Under the pieces are notes generated by a model. It was not told the DNA's origin and did not search any database. It saw only the letters and a list, made by a program, of their open reading frames with translations. Positions 55,641 through 64,000 of a stretch of 64,000 nt of DNA are shown piece after piece. The position numbers and the translations under genes are program-made. Each line of letters opens with the position of its first letter. The first letter of the stretch is position 1. The stretch comes from a virus. Lineage: Duplodnaviria; Caudoviricetes. Where the stretch lies: the IMG/VR virus record IMGVR_UViG_3300028591_000070, positions 64,001 to 128,000 of that record, one strand, 5' to 3'.

Positions 55641-55752
55641 TCTTTTTTCTCCTTATAAAACATATTTAAGGTTTTTATAATTTATACTGCGCCATATAGT
55701 TAACTCACTCTATAAATATATAGATGTGACAAATTATAAAAGCTTTATTTAA

Positions 55753-55760
55753 TAATTAGT
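55753..55760 (-). promoter_or_regulatory. ACTAATTA element upstream of the scaffold-like gene (leadered)
   Basis: motif about 110 nt upstream of ATG. Confidence 0.5.
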
Positions 55761-55791
55761 AGCAGACTCATAAAAGACTAAATATAATATC

Positions 55792-57147
55792 ATGAGATCA
55801 ACATCAACAATCGATAAGTTGTATGACCAATATAAGCTACAGGACTGGGATATAAATGCTGATAACCTTAATCCAAAAAGAGAAATGCTTATGGGTCAAG
55901 TTAAACAATTGGAAAAAGCAATTCAAAGTTTAACTGACGATATTGTTAGAAAACGAATTACTCCTAAACAAGAAGATATTGAGATGCTTACTACTTCTTT
56001 TGGTGGTGAATCCACAGTTGGTAATTTGGGTAAAACAATTGCTTCAATAAATGCTGGTTCTGATGATGGAACTATATTTGGAGAAGGCTTACCATCTGAT
56101 GTTGAAGAACAAATTGCTTTATTACAGGCTGAGTTAGGACCAGTTGTAATAGATTGTAAAAAGATTTTAAGTAAATATAATTTTGATGTTGCAAGCTCTG
56201 AAGATATTGATGATGAAGATGGTGAGCATACTTATGTTGTGAATACGGATGATATAGACTCATCAAATAGACCTAAAACAAATGATGTTCTTGAGGAACT
56301 CAACTTAGATGGTTTACAAAATGATAATTGTGCCGCAGCAGATCTTACAATCTTAAAAATCTTTATTGCCATATTAAAGATATTTCAGATAATAGTTAAG
56401 ATTTTGCAGTTTCTTCTTGAATTACCAACTATTTTAGCAGAACTTATTGAATTAGCAGCAATGTGTTGGATTAACCCACCATCTATTGCTTTATTGGTTC
56501 AAATTATTTTGGATTTAATTACTTCTTTAATAGTTGCTTTAATTTCAAATCTTATTAAGTTTTTATGGGATTTATTAGGATTAGATTGTATATCACAACA
56601 AGCAACAGATTTATTAGATAATATTCAGGATTTAATTTCAAAGTTTAAGAATACTGCAGCTTTAATTGATATTGGAGCTGTAGGATTTATGTTTGATGGT
56701 ATTTCTACTCAGATTGATAATATTTCTGATTTAATTAAAAAATCTATAAATGATATGAAAGAGGATTGGAATGAGGCGGTCAATAAAGTTAAGGATTACT
56801 TTTCTGAAGAAGGTCTTGAAAATCTAAAAGAAGCAGCAATTGATGCTGCAGTAAATACTTTACAAGATGAATATTCTGAAGCTGTAAATGGAAATACAAA
56901 CGCAACTATAAATAAAGGAATAAATGACGTTACTAGAAGTTTAGCTCATGGTACAATTATTGAAGATGCCAAAAATAAAGCTATACAAAAATATAATGAT
57001 ATGACAAATGCTTATTACTCTGCAATGGAAACGGCTACTTCTACAGTAGACAACCTTAAAGAGTCATTTGCAAGAATGCAAGACTCTACTACAAAATTAG
57101 GTGAGTTAATTTCAGACGTATCACTTGGTGATTTGGAGATAGAATAG
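55792..57147 (+). CDS. hypothetical protein with long hydrophobic/amphipathic helical region
   Basis: 451 aa; about 80-aa I/L-rich segment; ACTAAATA variant upstream. Confidence 0.75.
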   Translation: MRSTSTIDKLYDQYKLQDWDINADNLNPKREMLMGQVKQLEKAIQSLTDDIVRKRITPKQEDIEMLTTSFGGESTVGNLGKTIASINAGSDDGTIFGEGLPSDVEEQIALLQAELGPVVIDCKKILSKYNFDVASSEDIDDEDGEHTYVVNTDDIDSSNRPKTNDVLEELNLDGLQNDNCAAADLTILKIFIAILKIFQIIVKILQFLLELPTILAELIELAAMCWINPPSIALLVQIILDLITSLIVALISNLIKFLWDLLGLDCISQQATDLLDNIQDLISKFKNTAALIDIGAVGFMFDGISTQIDNISDLIKKSINDMKEDWNEAVNKVKDYFSEEGLENLKEAAIDAAVNTLQDEYSEAVNGNTNATINKGINDVTRSLAHGTIIEDAKNKAIQKYNDMTNAYYSAMETATSTVDNLKESFARMQDSTTKLGELISDVSLGDLEIE

Positions 57148-60100
57148 TGGACTACACACAATTTGAAAAACTTTTAACAAATGCAAACATTATAAAAACA
57201 ACTCTCTCAGATACTCCTAGTAATTTATATGATGGAGCAACTTCATTTGAGTCTAAAAGAGCAAACTCAGTAGATAATTATGGCCTTAGTACAAAATTAA
57301 AAGCAGTTTATAGCACATATTTAGATTTAATTAGAGGCCAAAAGAAAACTCATGATACAATTGCTAAATTAGAATCAATTGACCTTTCAAGCACAAATAA
57401 TAATGCTTTATTGGATGATAGCCTATCTCAAGATCAGGTAGCCAAAGAATTTATAGAAGGTGTAGAAGCTCAAAAAGCAAAAGAAATAATTAAACTATAC
57501 TTTTCTCAATACCTTAATAAATTAAATTCAGATATGCAATGGCGTATTGGCCAACCTATTGATAGTATTACTGAGGTAGATGATGCCTTTTTAATTAATG
57601 GAAAATATCCTTCTAGAGGATTCATCATTCCAACTAGAAATGACACAATTTATAATGGAAAAACTTTTCCAAAAGATGATACAAGATTCGTTAGTTATGG
57701 CTTTCCTCCATATAAAGTAGAGCTTGAGAAAAATATTATTGAAGATACAACAGTCACTTCAGATAATCCAGACTCAACTTTTGATTTTAAGGATTACTCA
57801 ATAAATAGAGAAGAATACACTTATCGTGAGATGGGTATGAAAGCCCTTACAAGTTATATCGACTATCTCCAATATCTTACCGAAGGTGCAACAGGTATTG
57901 TTTCAACTTATATCACAGAATGGGATCTTTCAAACTATATGCAAGAAAATCTTATGTCTGTAACTGATAACAATATTGACTTAACCTTAAATTATCGTAT
58001 CAGACAAGATAATCCTTTCTCAGATAGAGAAGAATATCGTGGAGATAAAGCTCTTTGTTTTAATGTTTGTGGTTCTTCTGTTTCTAAGTTGTATCATGAT
58101 AATGAGAAATTATGGCTTCCATCTGATTATGTTTATTCTTCTTGGTGGACTCCATATCTTGAAGGAATTGATTTTAATCTTAAACAACTTAAATTACCTC
58201 AATATGACACATCTATTTCTTATATGGACTGCTATGATAATTTTGACATTTCATATAATTATGACTCACAAACAGATATTTTAAATGTAATTAAACATCA
58301 AGATATATTAAATTCTATTCTTTCTTGTAAAACAAGTTTTACCACAAGATATTATGATGCATTCTATTCTTCATCAGAAGATGCTTTAAGTGATTATGAT
58401 GTTATGCTCGAAGAATACACAAATGAGGCAGCTGGTTCATCATCCTGTAGAGATGTTGCATCTTTAATTCAAGATAGCAAGATTGAAATGCTTTGTGCAG
58501 GTGGGTATGAGAATGCTTTATATTCTGCTGCTTTTTCTCAAGGTGGTTTATTTGGTAAAAGAGCTATTATTAAAGCTCTTGAAAAAAATGGTGAATATAA
58601 AAAGAATGAGCTTATAAATCAAAGTTCTCAAAAAAACTCAGCAGATATTAAGATCTCATCAGATGGAATTATTGATGATTTAATGCATTCTAATAATATG
58701 AATGGAGCAACTTTGGCTAAAATGGATGGTATTTCAAGATTTGCTCCAGCTATTTATGGAGGAAATCATGGTGCTTGTTATTCTCTTAATTCTTTAAGAG
58801 GTCATTTTGATAATACAATCTTAAATCTCAATACACCTACATTAAATTTAACTCCAGCTTCAAATGATTTTTCTAATATGGAAGCCAAATATATAAATAG
58901 TGAATCATTTCAGATTTGTAGATCTCCTACTATGAATAAGAGAATTCTTTTCGATGGTGAACTTCATTATGTTTATCGTTTAGCTTTTAAAATAGTAAAA
59001 ACTACTCAGGAAATAGAGGCGGATATTTTTATCAATAAGTTTGGTAGATATGATTATTCTTTCCCAGTAACTAAAAATGGCAGAGCAGTTGTTTATTCTG
59101 GAAAACAATATACTAAAAGAAAAACATTTAAGGTTGCAGATATTTTAGCAGCTACAAATGAGAAAAAAGAAAAATTAAATTATTATTCTATTTTTAATAA
59201 TAATTCTATTTTAACACCAGATAGATATGACCCAAAACAGAATTATGTTACAATTGAAGTTCCTTGTAAACAAGCAACCTATTTTGATGCTCGATTTGGA
59301 TTAGTAAAATTGCCAATCATAAATGATAATCCAGACATAGAATGGACTATCACTATGCATAAATTTGATGAGTATGCTGCTGATACTCTTTTAAGTGGAT
59401 CATTTTTAAGAACTGTAAAAATTGCTGATAAAACTGCTTTTAGAAGTGATAAATTATCTCATGAAGCTATGTTACAAAATCCAGGATTTATTTTAAGATT
59501 CCCAGGACACCCAGAAAAAGAGCAAGAAGTCATTAGGAATATGATGTGGTATGGAAAAGGCTTAAATAATAATAATCCTATCTATTTATATTTCTTGGAA
59601 GGAAATAAAGAAAAAAGATATACTGAAGGACCAGAAAGTATCATTAAAGCTCCTTGTTACATTAAATATTATGATGCTAAACCTAAAAGAAAATCTATTT
59701 TTAGAAAAATTATAGACTTTTTATTTAATAGAAATAAAGTTGAAAAAACAAATGTTCCTTATATTTATGTAGACTTATTTAATGCTGTACAGTTTTATGA
59801 TGGACTTAATAAAAATATAAATTATGTTCCAGAGAGTGGATTTAAGCCATTGCATACAAGTAGTGATGCATTCTTTAAGAAAGCTAGTACTGAAGCTGTA
59901 AATCCTGTTCAAAAACTCCATAAAATAAACCAGGATATTTTGATCTCACAAAAAGGTTCTGTGTCTATCTCTAATGTAGGATTAGATGGAATTGGTATTC
60001 TTACTGGATTGATTGGATTAAACTCTAAAACTCAGGATCTTATTTCTATAGGTTCTGATAATGTAGCATTAGATAGTGGTTTAGGCGTAGATTATAGCAA

Positions 60101-61682
60101 AGACACTCCATTAGAAGTGCTTCCACTATATACAGCTCATGTTGAAGTTCCTACTTCTTGGTATGCTGAACTTTTTGGTAGAAAATGGATGACTAGCATT
60201 TTAGGTCACCAGGAATATGTTAAACAACCATATGACCCAGGCTTAAGAAAAGCTTATATCAATATGCTGTCAAGAATCACAATGTTTAAGTATGCAGATA
60301 ATAAATATCAGCCATACTTCTTAGATATGAGTGCTCCTTATAGAGTTATCTTGTCAGCATTAATTTCTCATAAGAATTACTTAAAAACTATTCAAGATCT
60401 TTTAGGAAGTTTGGGTGCAGAATATATTCATGACACTTTAGTTTATAATGTTGATAGATGTGTTCTATATGCTTGTGGTATGACATTTGATAAAGAAGGT
60501 TTTTATAAAATTGGCACACCATTTAAGACTCACATTTTCTATAATTATTGGATCGATAAAGCTGTTCATAGCTTTGGAAATATAAATACAGCAAAAACAA
60601 CTGTTAAAAATGTGGTAAATCTTACAAATCAATTTAATACTTTTGCAGATAAATATATTAATACTATGAAACCTATCCTAGAAAAACAATCTAGAGTTTG
60701 GACAATAAATGATATTGAAACAATGAATAAATGCCTCGAAAGTATTAAAGAAACTTTTAATAAAAGAAATGCTTTGGATGATTTCATGATGATGTATTTA
60801 AACATCTTATATTTCTATCGTTTATTCTATATTGGAAATAGATTTAATAAAGTCGATGGTACTATGTGGAGAATGAGACATCTTGAAGCATCATTACATA
60901 TGATAAAACAACCAAATATTATTAAACCAAAATCTCCATCTGAGTTCCAAGTAAAACCTGAAAGACATACCGTTGCTTTCTATGAGGTTCAAAATACTGT
61001 GGCCATGAAAACAAAATCTATTGTTAAGGATGTTGTTTTGGATAAAGATAGAATTTATCGTATTTATGTTAAAGTAGATTATACAAATAAGGAAGCTTAT
61101 GATAAATGGATTCTTTATAAGAATAATCCGGATAACTATGAAAGAGTTCCAGAAGTTGATAGATATTTGGTAAATGGCGAATATAGATATGTTCTAAAAC
61201 CTGCAGATGGTGTTTATCAATTTAGATCTAAGGAATATAATGAGAATGAAGCAAATGTTAAATGGAATTCAAGACATATAAATGACATTCCTAGAAATGT
61301 TTGGAAAGAAAACTTAGATTGTAAGTTTAATATTACATGGCATAACTCAGCTGATAAGACTCCAATTAGATGGAATGTATTAGGAAATATTAATGTTGAT
61401 AATTTACTAGAATATGCTCCAATGGGAATTACAGGTGAGGATTTAGTTTGTTTGATTGAAGAAGGTTCAGATTTCTGGACAATAAATATCCCTGAAGGAT
61501 TGTGGCCAGAAAAATCTCACTATGTTAATAATTTATATATCAAGCAAATATTTGAAAATGAAAAAGAAGATGACCCATCTAAAGATGCTTATGTGTCTAT
61601 TCTTGGACCATTGGCTCATTCAATATCACCTATTATTAAAGAGCCTATGGACGTGAGTCTAAACTTTACAAATAAATTCTAA
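57147..61682 (+). CDS. large (1511 aa) putative structural protein
   Basis: GTG start overlapping the upstream TAG; uninterrupted ORF. Confidence 0.75.
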   Translation: MDYTQFEKLLTNANIIKTTLSDTPSNLYDGATSFESKRANSVDNYGLSTKLKAVYSTYLDLIRGQKKTHDTIAKLESIDLSSTNNNALLDDSLSQDQVAKEFIEGVEAQKAKEIIKLYFSQYLNKLNSDMQWRIGQPIDSITEVDDAFLINGKYPSRGFIIPTRNDTIYNGKTFPKDDTRFVSYGFPPYKVELEKNIIEDTTVTSDNPDSTFDFKDYSINREEYTYREMGMKALTSYIDYLQYLTEGATGIVSTYITEWDLSNYMQENLMSVTDNNIDLTLNYRIRQDNPFSDREEYRGDKALCFNVCGSSVSKLYHDNEKLWLPSDYVYSSWWTPYLEGIDFNLKQLKLPQYDTSISYMDCYDNFDISYNYDSQTDILNVIKHQDILNSILSCKTSFTTRYYDAFYSSSEDALSDYDVMLEEYTNEAAGSSSCRDVASLIQDSKIEMLCAGGYENALYSAAFSQGGLFGKRAIIKALEKNGEYKKNELINQSSQKNSADIKISSDGIIDDLMHSNNMNGATLAKMDGISRFAPAIYGGNHGACYSLNSLRGHFDNTILNLNTPTLNLTPASNDFSNMEAKYINSESFQICRSPTMNKRILFDGELHYVYRLAFKIVKTTQEIEADIFINKFGRYDYSFPVTKNGRAVVYSGKQYTKRKTFKVADILAATNEKKEKLNYYSIFNNNSILTPDRYDPKQNYVTIEVPCKQATYFDARFGLVKLPIINDNPDIEWTITMHKFDEYAADTLLSGSFLRTVKIADKTAFRSDKLSHEAMLQNPGFILRFPGHPEKEQEVIRNMMWYGKGLNNNNPIYLYFLEGNKEKRYTEGPESIIKAPCYIKYYDAKPKRKSIFRKIIDFLFNRNKVEKTNVPYIYVDLFNAVQFYDGLNKNINYVPESGFKPLHTSSDAFFKKASTEAVNPVQKLHKINQDILISQKGSVSISNVGLDGIGILTGLIGLNSKTQDLISIGSDNVALDSGLGVDYSKDTPLEVLPLYTAHVEVPTSWYAELFGRKWMTSILGHQEYVKQPYDPGLRKAYINMLSRITMFKYADNKYQPYFLDMSAPYRVILSALISHKNYLKTIQDLLGSLGAEYIHDTLVYNVDRCVLYACGMTFDKEGFYKIGTPFKTHIFYNYWIDKAVHSFGNINTAKTTVKNVVNLTNQFNTFADKYINTMKPILEKQSRVWTINDIETMNKCLESIKETFNKRNALDDFMMMYLNILYFYRLFYIGNRFNKVDGTMWRMRHLEASLHMIKQPNIIKPKSPSEFQVKPERHTVAFYEVQNTVAMKTKSIVKDVVLDKDRIYRIYVKVDYTNKEAYDKWILYKNNPDNYERVPEVDRYLVNGEYRYVLKPADGVYQFRSKEYNENEANVKWNSRHINDIPRNVWKENLDCKFNITWHNSADKTPIRWNVLGNINVDNLLEYAPMGITGEDLVCLIEEGSDFWTINIPEGLWPEKSHYVNNLYIKQIFENEKEDDPSKDAYVSILGPLAHSISPIIKEPMDVSLNFTNKF

Positions 61683-61692
61683 AGGAGATTAA

Positions 61693-61896
61693 ATGAAAAC
61701 TCTTACAGGATATGGAATAAAACAAGAAAGCAAAAAAGGAAAGCTCTATTATAGAAACTTTTTTGATGAAAGTTGGCAAATTGCTGAAAAGTTTGATATG
61801 GATTGCATCGCTCCATGGCATATAGTTGAGAATGAATCTAAACAATGGAGTGACTGCGAAATAGTTGAGTTTGATATTATAGTTAGAGAGGTATAA
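61693..61896 (+). CDS. small hypothetical protein
   Basis: 67 aa, AAGGAG RBS. Confidence 0.7.
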   Translation: MKTLTGYGIKQESKKGKLYYRNFFDESWQIAEKFDMDCIAPWHIVENESKQWSDCEIVEFDIIVREV

Positions 61897-61928
61897 AAAA
61901 GGAGGTCCTGCCAACGACAAGACCTCCT
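61895..61928 (-). terminator. intrinsic terminator for the ligase gene
   Basis: minus strand GGAGGTCTTGTC-GTT-GGCAGGACCTCC-TTTTTT (stem completed by G-U pairs). Confidence 0.8.
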
Positions 61929-61965
61929 AGAGGTAAATATCTTAGGTGCTAAGAGCACATAGATT

Positions 61966-63072
61966 TTATGCAACTTTATACTGAACTTGCGGGATAATTT
62001 CGCCTTTCTTTGCAATAGCTACTTTATCACCAATTTTAATTCCAAGTTTATTTATAAGATTTATGTTACAAAGATTTGCGTGAGTAACAGTTGTCCCATC
62101 CAACTCAACAGGTTCAAGAACAGCAATTGGGTTGAAATAGCGACCTTTGTAATTCCAATCAATTCCGACAATCTTTGTAATTGCAATTGTCAAATCAAAT
62201 TTGAGTGCAATTGCTGATTTCTGTACTTTTTCAAGCTGGTCACGATAATCAACTTCATCATCAAAGATAACAATTCCATCCAAAGCAAACTGATTATCCT
62301 GTGTACGGAGTTCACCATATTTATTACGGAATGCATAAACTTCTTCAAGAGTCGTTACAGTTTCATGCGCAGGAGTAATAAAAGACATACCTTCAAGTAA
62401 ATCAAAAACAGCAGACTTTGTATTTGGCTGGTGTCCATCTGAATGGTAATCATAAGCGATAAAAGTTACCTGAGAAAGAATTCTTTTATCTTCATCAGTT
62501 AATTCAGAAGCTTTACGATTGAAAAGACCGGCAACAGCATTACGAGGATTTTTCTTTCCTGTGAAATATGGATCTTTGAAAAGTTCATTCTTTACTTCAA
62601 GCTCTCCACGAACCTGAGATTTATTTGAATGATCTGGAATTATTTTATTAATAGTAGAAATATAATCGGCAAAAACAAGTTTATCAAAACCTGAGAAGCC
62701 ATCACCACGGCTTACAAGATGTGTGAGCTTTCCATTTTCATACTGAAGCTCGCAACCAATTCCATCCTGCTTTGTAGAAATATGAAAACGTTTTGTACCT
62801 GCTTTTTTCTTTTTATTAAACCAGGTTTCAAAAACTGAAGTTGTCATGGCTTTATCCAGAGTACCAGTTGTAAGAATATGTGGTACCTTAACATAACCAG
62901 CAGGATTTGTTTCATCACCTGCAAGACCAGGAATAAGTGGATTGTCTGGGTCCTGAGCACGCAACTCTTCAATAAGAAAATCATATTCTTTGTCAGTCAT
63001 AATTTCCTGACCAGAATAATAAGCGTTTGCGGCATTCTTAATAATTTCTTCAAGTTCTGCTATCGTTTTCAT
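61966..63072 (-). CDS. ligA: NAD-dependent DNA ligase, short form (Ia, adenylation and OB domains only)
   Basis: AYY.G...MTDKEYD, KQDG, SRGDG, VRGE, NPRNAVAG, DGIV, AIALKF, LEPVELDGTTV, GEIIP. Confidence 0.9.
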   Translation of the reverse strand: MKTIAELEEIIKNAANAYYSGQEIMTDKEYDFLIEELRAQDPDNPLIPGLAGDETNPAGYVKVPHILTTGTLDKAMTTSVFETWFNKKKKAGTKRFHISTKQDGIGCELQYENGKLTHLVSRGDGFSGFDKLVFADYISTINKIIPDHSNKSQVRGELEVKNELFKDPYFTGKKNPRNAVAGLFNRKASELTDEDKRILSQVTFIAYDYHSDGHQPNTKSAVFDLLEGMSFITPAHETVTTLEEVYAFRNKYGELRTQDNQFALDGIVIFDDEVDYRDQLEKVQKSAIALKFDLTIAITKIVGIDWNYKGRYFNPIAVLEPVELDGTTVTHANLCNINLINKLGIKIGDKVAIAKKGEIIPQVQYKVA

Positions 63073-63107
63073 ATATAGAATATACCTCTTTTTATGCTAA
63101 AGTTCAA
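63073..63107 (-). promoter_or_regulatory. sigma70-type promoter, apparently leaderless
   Basis: TTGAAC-N17-TATATT-CTATAT-ATG. Confidence 0.75.
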
Positions 63108-63421
63108 TAGACTCTTTCGGACTCTGTAACTTCTTCATCGTCATAACAAAGCCAAAAACTTTCATCATGCATAAGCTGATTAGCATCAAAACCCAAACAG
63201 TCACAGAGCTGAGATACACGATAAAGTTCACCAGACTGCTCTCTCTTATCGATAGGAGAGCTCTCGATTTCTTTAAAGAAATTAGAGATTATAGGTGCAT
63301 TGCAAGTAACACCAAAAGTTTTACGAATAAAATCGTCAATACCTTCTTTTGAAACAAAAAGTTTATCAGCTTTAAGCTCGTATTTAATTGTACCCCAATT
63401 ATAATGGATCATACATCCCAT
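63104..63421 (-). CDS. hypothetical protein
   Basis: 105 aa, AAGGAG RBS. Confidence 0.75.
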   Translation of the reverse strand: MGCMIHYNWGTIKYELKADKLFVSKEGIDDFIRKTFGVTCNAPIISNFFKEIESSPIDKREQSGELYRVSQLCDCLGFDANQLMHDESFWLCYDDEEVTESERVY

Positions 63422-63431
63422 AATTTACTCC

Positions 63432-63605
63432 TTAGTGAGAATATCTCAATTCTCTCTCAAATGCTGTTAAGCAATCTTTTTTATGAGAAAACTGGTCAAC
63501 CTTACGGTTATTTTTGTAAATACACCATGTAGAGTTTACACGATCATAAACTACCTGTAAAGAACCACGAGTTTTATAAACCATTAAAACTGAATTAGAC
63601 TGCAT
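63432..63605 (-). CDS. small hypothetical protein (57 aa, not in ORF track)
   Basis: MQSNSVLMVYKTRGSLQVVYDRVNSTWCIYKNN...; directly after a consensus promoter and RBS. Confidence 0.75.
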   Translation of the reverse strand: MQSNSVLMVYKTRGSLQVVYDRVNSTWCIYKNNRKVDQFSHKKDCLTAFERELRYSH

Positions 63606-63652
63606 AATATTTACCTCTTATAGAATATACTAAGAATCATAAATTTATTCAA
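63606..63652 (-). promoter_or_regulatory. sigma70-type promoter plus RBS
   Basis: TTGAAT-N17-TATATT-CTATAAGAGGTAAATATT-ATG. Confidence 0.8.
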
Positions 63653-63740
63653 AATGTGTTAGTTAGTAGGATTTTCATCTTTTCCTCGAAAGCTACTTTT
63701 TTAAGCTAAATTTAAATATTATTAAAATAGGAGGAATTCA

Positions 63741-64000
63741 ATGTATAATAAGTCTTCTGATAACGGTGGACGTCCACACTCACCAGCTATGAGAGGTATT
63801 GTCGATGCAGGTGCAGACCTTTTGAAAACAATGTATGATGTAAAGATTTTCTTCCCAGACTTTACATCAGGAAAACCTAATACAGAAGCTGGTATTTCTT
63901 CAACATATCCAATCACAGTTCGTGCTACAGGATTTACAGTTCCTGATGTTGAAGTTGGTACTTATGAAGTTGGTTATCATGGACAGAAAGTTAATAAACC
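63741..64000 (+). CDS. putative tail tube protein (runs off window end)
   Basis: Not in the track. MYNKSSDNGG...IVDAGADLLKTMYDV...VRATGFTVPDVEVGTYEVGYHGQKVNK; AGGAGG RBS; GAD motif shared with 42993 and 43832. Confidence 0.6.
   Translation, partial: MYNKSSDNGGRPHSPAMRGIVDAGADLLKTMYDVKIFFPDFTSGKPNTEAGISSTYPITVRATGFTVPDVEVGTYEVGYHGQKVNK

Noticed and set aside
993-63352. Many 60-120 aa antisense or alternate-frame ORFs nested in longer genes (e.g. 993..1232, 7470..7823, 26225..26527, 45706..45969, 61749..62015)
   Set aside because: No RBS or promoter, atypical composition, and explained as shadows of real genes
63722-63916. Minus-strand 64-aa ORF in the track
   Set aside because: Shadow of the plus-strand gene starting at 63741 with a strong AGGAGG RBS
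1-64000. Stop-codon reassignment as in some large gut phages
   Set aside because: Very long ORFs are intact in code 11, and TAG and TGA end genes at sensible operon junctions

Overview
AT-rich (about 30% GC by eye), gene-dense 64 kb segment of a large tailed dsDNA phage, most likely a jumbo/T4-like myovirus. It holds baseplate-hub and tail-tube-like genes, very large virion proteins, a scaffold-like protein, tdk, a CCA-adding enzyme, an NAD-dependent ligase, a DnaC-like ATPase, Hsp20 and two DNA methyltransferases. It uses the standard genetic code, and I saw no tRNA, rRNA or CRISPR. Two promoter classes can be read directly. About ten sigma70-type promoters (TTGAAN-N17-TATATT/TATAAT, usually followed by CTATATAAGAGGT) precede small accessory genes. 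An ACTAATT element lies exactly 12 nt before at least 13 SD-less start codons, consistent with leaderless late transcripts. Main findings: (1) a radical SAM enzyme followed by seven tandem acidic paralogues sharing an N-terminal MKTIRxxxFETNSSSxH motif, a candidate phage protein-modification system; (2) a P-loop ATPase fragment ending GK-C plus 15 aa, a candidate atypically split intein with a 16-aa N-half; (3) a sigma-factor-like domain inside an apparent polyprotein punctuated by [LIV]xE prohead-protease-type sites; (4) two inverted copies, 39 kb apart, of a structured palindromic non-coding element; (5) a candidate +1 frameshift in the baseplate hub gene pair. All product calls come from motif recognition by eye, not database searches.
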